45,230 nt of DNA from Flavobacteriales bacterium (GTDB taxonomy: Bacteria > Bacteroidota > Bacteroidia > Palsa-965): positions 1 through 45,230 of the forward strand of contig JBEIPA010000036.1 of assembly GCA_040377305.1 (NCBI GenBank), in the 5' to 3' direction. This document shows, piece after piece, positions 37,585 through 45,230 of this stretch. Within the stretch, counting starts at the first letter, position 1. The number at the start of each line of letters is the position of its first letter. Below the pieces are notes generated by a model. It was not told the DNA's origin. It did no database searches and saw nothing but the letters and a program-made list of their open reading frames with translations. The position numbers were made by a program, and so were the translations under genes.

Positions 37585-37964
37585 TCAGGTGTTACTTCCT
37601 TTAGACTCTTATCCTGATCTATTTCCCAAACATTGAGCTGCCCATCATTGTCAAAATCCGTTAAAGCTGTCGCGGTTGCTTTAAACATAGAACCTGATGA
37701 CGAAATCTCGTATGTGTACTGAACATCATCTTTGTTTTCGATTTCAAATCCCAATTCTTTCAGGTCAGCAGAGTATTTGGAATGTTCCATGTACCAGGAT
37801 CTTTCAAGACTGTGTATATAGGCGAGGTTTTGTTTTGCCTCTGTGCTTCTCGCCTTGCTAACAACCGGCATTAAGTTTGGAATAGCTACAAGAACTAGTA
37901 TTCCGACAATTGCGAGAACAACAAGTAATTCTGTAAGAGTAAAGGCCAATAGTTTTTTGTTCAT
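37581..37964 (-). CDS. Type IV pilin / major pseudopilin
   Basis: Class III signal MNKKLLA|FTLTELLVVLAIVGIL with Glu5. Confidence 0.9.
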   Translation of the reverse strand: MNKKLLAFTLTELLVVLAIVGILVLVAIPNLMPVVSKARSTEAKQNLAYIHSLERSWYMEHSKYSADLKELGFEIENKDDVQYTYEISSSGSMFKATATALTDFDNDGQLNVWEIDQDKSLKEVTPD

Positions 37965-38000
37965 AGTAGATCCAATTAAAGTCAGTTTGAAGTAACATCA

Positions 38001-38035
38001 AACAAAAACGCAGGTCAATGGTGAATTGACCTGCG
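38001..38035 (-). terminator. Intrinsic terminator between the LytTR gene and the pilin gene
   Basis: 11-bp stem CGCAGGTCAAT/ATTGACCTGCG followed by TTTTTGTT on the minus strand. Confidence 0.7.
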
Positions 38036-38057
38036 CGTATAAAGTTTTAACCAACGA

Positions 38058-38411
38058 TTAAGCTAACAATCGGTATCGCTCAAGAAATTCCAATTTCCTT
38101 CTGTGGGAAACCTCAAGTTGCGTACCATTGCTTAACAGAACCATCCCCCCTCTCCCACGAATGTACTTGGTGACCTCGCTAATGTTGACCAAGTGTCCCT
38201 TATGAATGCGAACGAAACGCTCTGCATCTAAAAGTTGCTCTACGAGTTTCAGATGTTTGCACCATACTATTTCTTCCCCGTTCTTTTGATAGATTAACGA
38301 ATAGGGTCCACATGCAACAATGTGAACAATTAAGTCCATCGCAATGACACGTGTTGATTTGTTGTCAGACACGATCACGTTAGTCCGTTTTGTAGTTTCC
38401 AGCGCTATCAT
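38058..38411 (-). CDS. Stand-alone LytTR DNA-binding domain protein
   Basis: FVRIHKGHLVNI, GGMVLLSNG..LEVSHRRK. No receiver domain. Confidence 0.88.
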   Translation of the reverse strand: MIALETTKRTNVIVSDNKSTRVIAMDLIVHIVACGPYSLIYQKNGEEIVWCKHLKLVEQLLDAERFVRIHKGHLVNISEVTKYIRGRGGMVLLSNGTQLEVSHRRKLEFLERYRLLA

Positions 38412-38455
38412 AGGTTTTTTAATTTGTGTTTTACTTCATTTCACTTTTCGAGGGC

Positions 38456-38532
38456 AAAAAAAATCCCGGCTTCGGCAACGAAAGGTCAATGCACACCTCG
38501 TGCATGAACCTCTACGCATTGCTTAACCGGGG
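38456..38532 (-). promoter_or_regulatory. Long hairpin plus U8 tract in the 5' leader of the LytTR gene (attenuator or sRNA 3' end)
   Basis: Nested stems CCCGGUU/AGCCGGG, GCAAUG/CGUUGC, AGAGGU/ACCUUU and AUGCAC/GUGCAU, then AUUUUUUUU. Confidence 0.55.
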
Positions 38533-38831
38533 GGACTGGTTGAACGAATGGTACTAGTTCTCTAACTACTGTTTCGTACTATAAATAAATTGAACTCAAA
38601 ACTGCTTGAGAAACACGGGAGACGTGTGACGACTCTTTCAGCTGTGTAAATCAATCAGGGGTATGCTATTGTTGTGCTAATCTACTATGATCTGAATGTC
38701 TTGTCAATGGAGATTTAATAAACGCGTTAGTTTTCTGATTAACCGTCAAGTGAGTTTCGATAATTCAATTCATACACGCGATCATTAGTTATGAGTTCCA
38801 AACGCACCTACGGTAGATTTATTTTTGAATC

Positions 38832-39791
38832 ATGATAATATTGCATTTACGAACGCTGACATATCTCGTTTTACTGTACTTAACATTGCCTCAGTGTTAT
38901 GCAAAGGTTGGGAAAGCAAAGAATCGGATTTCATCTATCTACATTAACACGCCAGACTCGTCAATAAAAGCAACGATTACAGATCGAACTGAAAAACATC
39001 CTGTAAATGAACGAATGTACTACTGGTATTCTGCCAACCAGGTATGTTACTCAACGGGAGCGTACTCCGGAAAGTTACTGCATGGTGTCTATTCCTCATA
39101 CTATCCGAACCACTTTTTACTCACTAAGGGACAATTCAGCAATGGGCTAAAAGACGGATGTTGGAAAAGTTGGTTGCCTGATGGTTCGCTGCGTGAAGTA
39201 ATAAATTACAAAAATGGTCTGGTACATGGTCTGCACGAAATATATTCCCCCAATGGTCAACTTCGGGAACGAATATACTATCGCAAAGGAGTACGTGCCG
39301 GGAAAACTACAATTTTTAGTCAAGATGGAAAGGATAGTGTTATTCTCTATAAAAAAGGGTCCCCTGTAGTAAAAAAGGAACGAGGGATGAGGAACGGGGG
39401 ACGAGGAATGGGGAATGAGGGAGATCAAGAAAGTGGAAAGCAGAAACAGCAAATACACAAAGACACAACTGATCATGATTCCTTGAGGAGTTCAAAGCAC
39501 AAGGCTCGCGAACGAAAAATATTTCAGGACTCATCTGGAAATAAATCCGCTTCAAATAAAGACTCTACTCAACCCAAGACGAAGACCAAAAAAAGAAATA
39601 CTGACACAGCTTCGAATAAAAAACAAAATTCGAAGTCGCGCCTTTTGAAAGCAAGGTCACAACATCTGCAGAAAACGAATGCTGACACGTTACAACCGGG
39701 GATTGAGAAAAAATTTAAGATGGGTTTAGGCAGTTCAATCTACCCCTTGCCTCATTCCCCATTCCTCATCCCCCGATCCCCTTCCCCATGA
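38832..39791 (+). CDS. MORN-variant repeat (YwqK-like) protein with Lys/Ser-rich tail
   Basis: GKLLHGVY..YYPN, G.F.NGLKDG.W, YKNGLVHG repeats. Signal-like N-terminus. Confidence 0.75.
   Translation: MIILHLRTLTYLVLLYLTLPQCYAKVGKAKNRISSIYINTPDSSIKATITDRTEKHPVNERMYYWYSANQVCYSTGAYSGKLLHGVYSSYYPNHFLLTKGQFSNGLKDGCWKSWLPDGSLREVINYKNGLVHGLHEIYSPNGQLRERIYYRKGVRAGKTTIFSQDGKDSVILYKKGSPVVKKERGMRNGGRGMGNEGDQESGKQKQQIHKDTTDHDSLRSSKHKARERKIFQDSSGNKSASNKDSTQPKTKTKKRNTDTASNKKQNSKSRLLKARSQHLQKTNADTLQPGIEKKFKMGLGSSIYPLPHSPFLIPRSPSP
39395..39775. repeat. Inverted heptamer-repeat tracts inside a CDS
   Basis: 39395-39420 CGGGGGACGAGGAATGGGGAATGAGG matches the reverse complement of 39750-39775 at 25 of 26 positions. 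Confidence 0.85.
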
Positions 39792-41050
39792 AACTGCAAG
39801 CCGGAACTCTCGCATACGCGCTTGCGATCAGTCTCATTATCGGAATGATTACAGCATCCGTGCTCTTAAATGAACATTACAGCCGACTTTTAATCCATCG
39901 CGACGAAATACGAGAGGAAGTAGTCCGAAATGCCAATTCGGGAATCGTCTATCTGTGTGGAAAGTCACCAGTCGAAACGAATTTCACTGAAAAAATTGAC
40001 TTATTCGCTCGCGGAAAGGATTCGGTAACCATACAGTGCAAATCGTGGGGCGTGTATGACATCCTGATTTCAAAATCGAAAACCGGGAATGAAAACTTCA
40101 AGCGAATGGCTCTTGCCGGGAGTGTCATTGACCCGGTAAACAGGTATGCATTGTGGATAGGTGATATGGACCGTCCGCTTAAAGTTTGCGGAAAAACGGA
40201 ACTTAAAGGGAAGTGCTTTCTCCCGAAAGCCGGCATTGAGCGAACGTATATTGAAGGAAAAAGCTTTGCGGGCCGGGAGCTTGTTCAAGGAACCATTCTG
40301 CCCTCCTCCCGCTTTATACCCAAATACAATGAACAGCGCTACGGCGAACTGGAAAAATTGTTTAGTGGAGATGTGCAATCCGACGACTCAACTATTACGT
40401 GGACCGAACTGAGCGCACAGGACTCCGTGTTTTGCACTTTCGATGGACCGGTTTGTATGGTGAGTGAAAAAATCCCACTCGTCATTTCAAATATTTATCT
40501 GGAGGGACAAATTCGCATTCATTCTTCTGTCTCCATTCTCGTTGCGCACAGTGCCACTCTTATTAATGTGGTACTTGTTGCTCCGGAAATCCGGATTGAG
40601 AGTGAAACAGAGGGATGCTTTCAGTCAATCGCACGGGACAGCATTATCCTGGGCAAAAACGTGGTGTTGAATTTTCCTTCCTCTCTTTGCCTGTGCTCCA
40701 CAAACGCTTCTCCCTTGCAAACCAGCATTACCATGGATGAGAATTGTAGCATCAGCGGAGATGTATTCGCCGTATTGAATGGCGAACTGCATCAACGCAG
40801 AATGCTAGTCGATATTCCGAAGGGCTGTAGTATTTATGGCAACGTTTATTGTAATGCGAATGTCGATCTGCAGGGATCGGTCATCGGATCTCTCACGTGT
40901 CAGAATATTTCGTTGACCACAAACTCAGCCGTCTATGAAAATACGTTACTCGACGCGGTAGTCGACAACACTCAAACCTCGTCCATGCCTCCGGGGGGAA
41001 GCATGTTTGGCGACAGCAATAGAAAGGAGGTGATTGTTTGGCTCCGTTGA
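39788..41050 (+). CDS. GspK/PilX-like minor pseudopilin with beta-helix-like C-terminus
   Basis: MKLQAG|TLAYALAISLII pilin-like N-terminus without Glu5. Operon context. Confidence 0.6.
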   Translation: MKLQAGTLAYALAISLIIGMITASVLLNEHYSRLLIHRDEIREEVVRNANSGIVYLCGKSPVETNFTEKIDLFARGKDSVTIQCKSWGVYDILISKSKTGNENFKRMALAGSVIDPVNRYALWIGDMDRPLKVCGKTELKGKCFLPKAGIERTYIEGKSFAGRELVQGTILPSSRFIPKYNEQRYGELEKLFSGDVQSDDSTITWTELSAQDSVFCTFDGPVCMVSEKIPLVISNIYLEGQIRIHSSVSILVAHSATLINVVLVAPEIRIESETEGCFQSIARDSIILGKNVVLNFPSSLCLCSTNASPLQTSITMDENCSISGDVFAVLNGELHQRRMLVDIPKGCSIYGNVYCNANVDLQGSVIGSLTCQNISLTTNSAVYENTLLDAVVDNTQTSSMPPGGSMFGDSNRKEVIVWLR

Positions 41051-41385
41051 GCCGCCTGAAAGGATTCGCGATGCTGGAATCCATCTTCGCCATGGTAGTT
41101 ATCATGATCTGCTTTGGCATTTCCATGATGATTTTTAACATGATCACTTCGGGCGGCGCCGGTACGCGAAAGGTTAACGCGCGTATCCGGTTGCAGTCCG
41201 AGGCGAATCTGTGTAAAGAACACCAGTCCTTCGAAGATGATGTGATTGTATTGGAAGAGTTTACCATTGAAAAATCATTTGTAATGTGGCGGGAGAGCGA
41301 TGTGATTACAGAAATGCACTTCACTGCACGCGACCCGGATGGAAATTTAATTGCGGAATACCATGAATTGCTTGTGCGCCAATAA
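41038..41385 (+). CDS. Minor pseudopilin
   Basis: RLKG|FAMLESIFAMVVI class III signal. Confidence 0.75.
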   Translation: MAPLSRLKGFAMLESIFAMVVIMICFGISMMIFNMITSGGAGTRKVNARIRLQSEANLCKEHQSFEDDVIVLEEFTIEKSFVMWRESDVITEMHFTARDPDGNLIAEYHELLVRQ

Positions 41386-41758
41386 AAGATTACCGGCATT
41401 CACCTTGCTGGAATTGATCGTCGGCATGATCGTGAGTACGATCGTACTCACGGTAATCTTCACTGCGTGGCACATCGTCTCTAAACAATCTGAACAATTT
41501 AGTATTCGTTCTGAAAAAAACCGCGATAGATCCTTGCTTCATAGTTTTCTGATTCTTGATACAGAAAGCGCGGATAGTGTTTATAGCGACGGCAGAGAAA
41601 TATTCTGTTACAGTTCATACCGAACCGAACTGCGCTTGAATAGTAGTTATACGCTGGGAGAGAACTTCGTTATCCGAAAAACAGCGACAGCCAACGATAC
41701 GTTTTTCATCGATGCTTTTTCATTTACACCTATCGACCATGCCGGAGATCAGCCTTAA
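41363..41758 (+). CDS. Minor pseudopilin (GspJ/PulJ-like)
   Basis: KRLPA|FTLLELIVGMIV class III signal. Exact start uncertain (41351-41372). Confidence 0.8.
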   Translation: MNCLCANKRLPAFTLLELIVGMIVSTIVLTVIFTAWHIVSKQSEQFSIRSEKNRDRSLLHSFLILDTESADSVYSDGREIFCYSSYRTELRLNSSYTLGENFVIRKTATANDTFFIDAFSFTPIDHAGDQP

Positions 41759-42902
41759 ACGAAAGTCTACCGTGCCGGGACACGAAAAGAAAGGTACACA
41801 GCCTGCTTCATCCGGAGAAGAGTCTCCGCTGCGTGCATTCCTAAACAAAGACATCAAACTTTTTTCGGCAAATTTTTCTGATAAGCGCAAAGAAAGGTTC
41901 TACAGTGAGCTGCACACTTTGCTTACTGCTGGTGTCGATATACGTACTGCATTCGAATTGTTAGCAGAAGAATCGAAAAAGAAAGAAGAACGCGAGCTCT
42001 TTGGCGCTATACTTAAGAACATTGTATCGGGCTCAACACTGCCGGAAGCAGCAGAGAAGTCGGGCAAATTTTCTTCATATGAATTCTATAGTCTGCGAAT
42101 TGGAGAAGAAAGTGGTCGCATGAGTCATGTACTGAAAGACCTTGCCGAATACTACTCGAAAAAGATCAAACAGAAACGAAAAGTAAAGGCAGCGCTTTCA
42201 TATCCCGCAATCGTGGTCACGGTTGCCTTTCTTGCTGTAGGATTCATGTTACGTTTTGTTGTTCCGATGTTTGCCGACATGCTCGCCCGCTTTGGAAGTG
42301 ATCTTCCCGGGATTACCCAGGTAATTATTGATGCTTCCGATTGGATCAGCAGTTACGGAGGATGGATAGTACTCGCATTGATTTCAGTTATCGCCTTCAC
42401 GTGGAGTCAACGCAAACAAGATTGGTTTCGAAACTTTTCTTCTTCACTCGTGATGCGCCTTCCGTACATCGGCAAGATTGCACAGAAAGTTTATGTAGAA
42501 CGATTCGCTCACGCCATGCACTTGTTACTCGGATCAAAAACCAATCTCGTCGACGCTCTGGAATTGGTACAGAAAATGGTTGGTTTTTATCCTATCGAGA
42601 TATCACTCCATACTATTCGAAAAGAAATATTTTCCGGTTCAGCACTACACACCGCAATGGCGAAGTATCCGGTTTATCCTAAAAGAATGACCTCGCTCAT
42701 TCGCGTAGCGGAAGAGGTGAATCAACTCGATATGATGTTTGAAAAATTATCGAAACAGCTTTCGGATGAGATCGAACATGAAACGACGGTACTCGGGAGC
42801 ATGATTGAGCCCTTGATGATTTTGTTTTTGGGTGTGATGGTGAGTGTGATACTGGTGGCGATGTATTTGCCGATGTTTAAGATTGGGACGGCGTTTGGGT
42901 AG
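41739..42902 (+). CDS. gspF: T2SS F family (GspF/PilC) inner membrane platform protein
   Basis: LLTAGV, IGEESG, ALSYP, VVPMF, VAEE..L, IEPLMI...AMYLPMF. Confidence 0.93.
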   Translation: MPEISLKRKSTVPGHEKKGTQPASSGEESPLRAFLNKDIKLFSANFSDKRKERFYSELHTLLTAGVDIRTAFELLAEESKKKEERELFGAILKNIVSGSTLPEAAEKSGKFSSYEFYSLRIGEESGRMSHVLKDLAEYYSKKIKQKRKVKAALSYPAIVVTVAFLAVGFMLRFVVPMFADMLARFGSDLPGITQVIIDASDWISSYGGWIVLALISVIAFTWSQRKQDWFRNFSSSLVMRLPYIGKIAQKVYVERFAHAMHLLLGSKTNLVDALELVQKMVGFYPIEISLHTIRKEIFSGSALHTAMAKYPVYPKRMTSLIRVAEEVNQLDMMFEKLSKQLSDEIEHETTVLGSMIEPLMILFLGVMVSVILVAMYLPMFKIGTAFG

Positions 42903-42991
42903 TTTTAAGCCTTCACCCACAATGGAATCATCGTTTTTTTTGCCTTCTCAAGCGAAATGTAGTTACGAATTTGCTTCACTACCTTTGTACC

Positions 42992-43177
42992 ATGAGCAAC
43001 CCATTCGTAACCAAGCCTTGTCCCAACTGCGGATGCGAACACGATTTTCCTGTAGCGAGCGAAAGCGATGATGAAATTATCTGCGAGTGTGGCAGCTTGA
43101 ATTTCCCTAGCGATTTTGGTTTGTGTGAGAAAGGTTATAAAATCATTAAACCGTTGTATCCGCCAGAAGGGAATTGA
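42992..43177 (+). CDS. Small zinc-ribbon-like protein (61 aa)
   Basis: CPNCG and CECG motifs. Exact Bacteroidota -7 box TACCTTTG at 42980-42987. Confidence 0.5.
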   Translation: MSNPFVTKPCPNCGCEHDFPVASESDDEIICECGSLNFPSDFGLCEKGYKIIKPLYPPEGN

Positions 43178-43388
43178 AAATAAAAATCTCGAGCAGCTTT
43201 TTGTTGCTCGGGATTTTCTCCGCCGCGGTGGAGGATTTCTAAAATATTTTTTGCAATTTCTCACCAGGGACGGACCTTTTTGTATGGTGTCGCGACTGTT
43301 ACTCCACTCGCCATTCCTCGCTGCAAACAATACCAACTATTTGCTCCCTCACCAGCACCTTGCGCTGTGTCTTGCGCGCTAGCTGCAC

Positions 43389-43871
43389 TTACTCTTCTTT
43401 GTGTATGGTTCTAACCCCGTGTTCTTTACGATTAACATGAATGCCTATATATATCTTAAATGAGAGGCACTTGTAGTTTCCAATATCATTCTTCATTAGG
43501 GGGAAATTATAACCAATCATGGCTTTAAAGACTCCAAGGCTTAATCCGAACTCTGGCCTAAGAAAGGGACTAACATTTTTAAAATCTGAAATTATTCCTC
43601 CATTGGCAGATATCCCTATTCCTAAAAGTGCTATATCATAACCATAGTACAATTGGGAATACCCTCCCCAAGGACTATAAGCCAGATGGAGTGTGTGGAT
43701 ATGGTAATGATAACCGCGAGGTAACATAAGAGAAACGCCAGAATTGATATTACCATGATACAGTTGCTCAAAGCCCCCTAGTATAATAATCTCTTTATAT
43801 TCGTTCTGAGATCTTAACTTACTATATGCCAATGAAGCATATATGAGCAATAAAAATATCCTGGTTGTCAT
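43389..43871 (-). CDS. Candidate immunity protein for the RHS lipase-like toxin (exported, beta-strand rich)
   Basis: Starts 2 bp after the RHS stop. AT-rich, signal-like N-terminus, alternating beta-strand pattern. Confidence 0.6.
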   Translation of the reverse strand: MTTRIFLLLIYASLAYSKLRSQNEYKEIIILGGFEQLYHGNINSGVSLMLPRGYHYHIHTLHLAYSPWGGYSQLYYGYDIALLGIGISANGGIISDFKNVSPFLRPEFGLSLGVFKAMIGYNFPLMKNDIGNYKCLSFKIYIGIHVNRKEHGVRTIHKEE

Positions 43872-43873
43872 AG

Positions 43874-45229
43874 CTAGGCTGTACTGTTGTTTTTTTCTTT
43901 TTGGTCGGGAGTAAGAATTCTGTCGTAATTGTCCTTGATTTGATTCCGTCGTTTTTGCTCTTCTACTGCTCTTTTTAACTCTGGCAGCCAGATGTTGACG
44001 TTATCCGTTTTCCAACCTCTGTGTCCAGTTATCCATGCGGTGAAATCATTTCCCTTATTATATTGCAAATAGTACTGATCATCGTAGGAAATGGTTACAT
44101 CGGCATTTTCGAATATTCTGCCTGCAACTCCCTTCTCTCCCGATGGAATAATGCCCCACAATTTTTCAGGGCTAGAACCTCCAATTTGATGCCCTCCTGT
44201 TCCACCCCGCACTTGCACCTGATCGTTGTAGGCAAATATATGATAATGTGTTACAATATCGTTCGCTTCATCAGTAAGCTGATATTCTCGCACTGGAGTG
44301 TCTATTGTGACTAAATTAATTTCGACATCTTTAAACCTTGGGTCGGTTTTAAATTCCTCACTATTGATCAGTGCATTTAACGCGATAATTGCTACGTTAC
44401 CACCATGACTGTGCGCAACTAAAGTGATTGGTTCTCCAGCAATATGTGTATCAAGAATAAATTGCTTTAAATCTTCTCCAGCCTCTTGCCGACCAGCATC
44501 ATCGTTTAATCCACTCCAGTGAAAATATTGCGATTGAACCTCATGACCAAACAGCACGCGTATCTCTTGAACCATTCCCTTGTCCCAATTGTCGTTTGCT
44601 CCCCAAGTACCATGAATAAGATATGGCTCTAAACCATCTACGTCAATAGCCTGTATTGGCGTGTTACCCGCAAACTGGTACGGGGTGTAGAATGGATAAC
44701 TTTGCGTCAACGGATCTACAGTTAGGAACTTCCCAAGCGACGGATTATAAATCCTAAATCCATAGTCCTGTAATCCATCACCGGTTCCTACACTTTCGTG
44801 ATCATTTTCTTTTCCGTTAAACCCGTATCTGTAGTTTTCATTGGAGAACGTTCTGCCCGGCAGTGGTGCACCGAAGGCGGAGTAGTCGCTTGCGGTGAGT
44901 ACGTCTGCAACGTAGTAGTCCGCTGGTCCAAACGGAGTGATGTCGTCCTTGGCAATTTTTTTATCAAGGAACGTTACGAGTACATTTCCGAGGTGGTTTG
45001 ATAATTCGTAGATCTTTCTTGCTTTTGTTCTCACGAAGTCAGTCGCACTCGGCACGGAGAACGTTCCCATGCTTACAGCATCTCCATCGAGGAAGGACTG
45101 ATAACCGTCCGTGACAGGAGTAATATCATCGTATCCGTTGAACTCGTACACGGTTGTTGCGGTAATGTTTTCTGCTTCACGGTTTTTGATACCGAGTCTG
45201 CTGCCGCCGTAAATGTGAGTCTCCGTTAA
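43874..45229 (-). CDS. RHS repeat-associated core protein (partial, runs off the window) with C-terminal alpha/beta-hydrolase toxin
   Basis: HIYGGSRLG, YELSNHLGNV, YRYGFNGKEND, DYGFRIYNPSLGKFLTVDPL, PIQAIDVDGL cleavage motif. Tip has IHGTW and VAHSHGG. The frame is open to the window edge. Confidence 0.92.
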   Translation of the reverse strand, partial: LTETHIYGGSRLGIKNREAENITATTVYEFNGYDDITPVTDGYQSFLDGDAVSMGTFSVPSATDFVRTKARKIYELSNHLGNVLVTFLDKKIAKDDITPFGPADYYVADVLTASDYSAFGAPLPGRTFSNENYRYGFNGKENDHESVGTGDGLQDYGFRIYNPSLGKFLTVDPLTQSYPFYTPYQFAGNTPIQAIDVDGLEPYLIHGTWGANDNWDKGMVQEIRVLFGHEVQSQYFHWSGLNDDAGRQEAGEDLKQFILDTHIAGEPITLVAHSHGGNVAIIALNALINSEEFKTDPRFKDVEINLVTIDTPVREYQLTDEANDIVTHYHIFAYNDQVQVRGGTGGHQIGGSSPEKLWGIIPSGEKGVAGRIFENADVTISYDDQYYLQYNKGNDFTAWITGHRGWKTDNVNIWLPELKRAVEEQKRRNQIKDNYDRILTPDQKEKNNSTA

Positions 45230-45230
45230 C

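Noticed and set aside
42905-43382. ORFs 42905-43336 (-) and 43116-43382 (+)
   Set aside because: No motifs; they cross a palindromic insert and conflict with the better supported zinc-ribbon ORF.

Overview
This is a Bacteroidota-type window, judged from T9SS type A and B C-terminal sorting domains and TAnnTTTG-like promoters. From left to right it contains: (1) a Y1/HUH transposase without TnpB, set in clusters of two palindromic REP-like hairpins (RAYT/REP-BIME layout); (2) a 2102-aa PKD-repeat T9SS protein and lepB, whose last 33 bp are duplicated just downstream; (3) a toxin island (9.6-18.4 kb) in which an orphan Afp15/Pvc15-like AAA+ ATPase precedes a 1316-aa protein ending in an R-S-E ADP-ribosyltransferase, followed by a candidate immunity gene, an orphan toxin with a plant-IQM-like HHS...SGHY domain and its candidate immunity gene, a decayed immunity paralogue and an orphan immunity gene, with a recurring intergenic module at the cassette boundaries; (4) a candidate metal-acquisition locus with two DUF4331 paralogues (one carrying a T9SS CTD), a TPR protein, HupE/UreJ, a His-rich poly-Pro leader ORF and a TonB-dependent receptor; (5) a divergent T2SS/type IV pilus-like cluster with a stand-alone LytTR gene behind a long terminator hairpin; (6) the 3' end of an RHS toxin with a lipase-like tip and its candidate immunity gene. 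Family calls come from motif recognition only; no searches were run.
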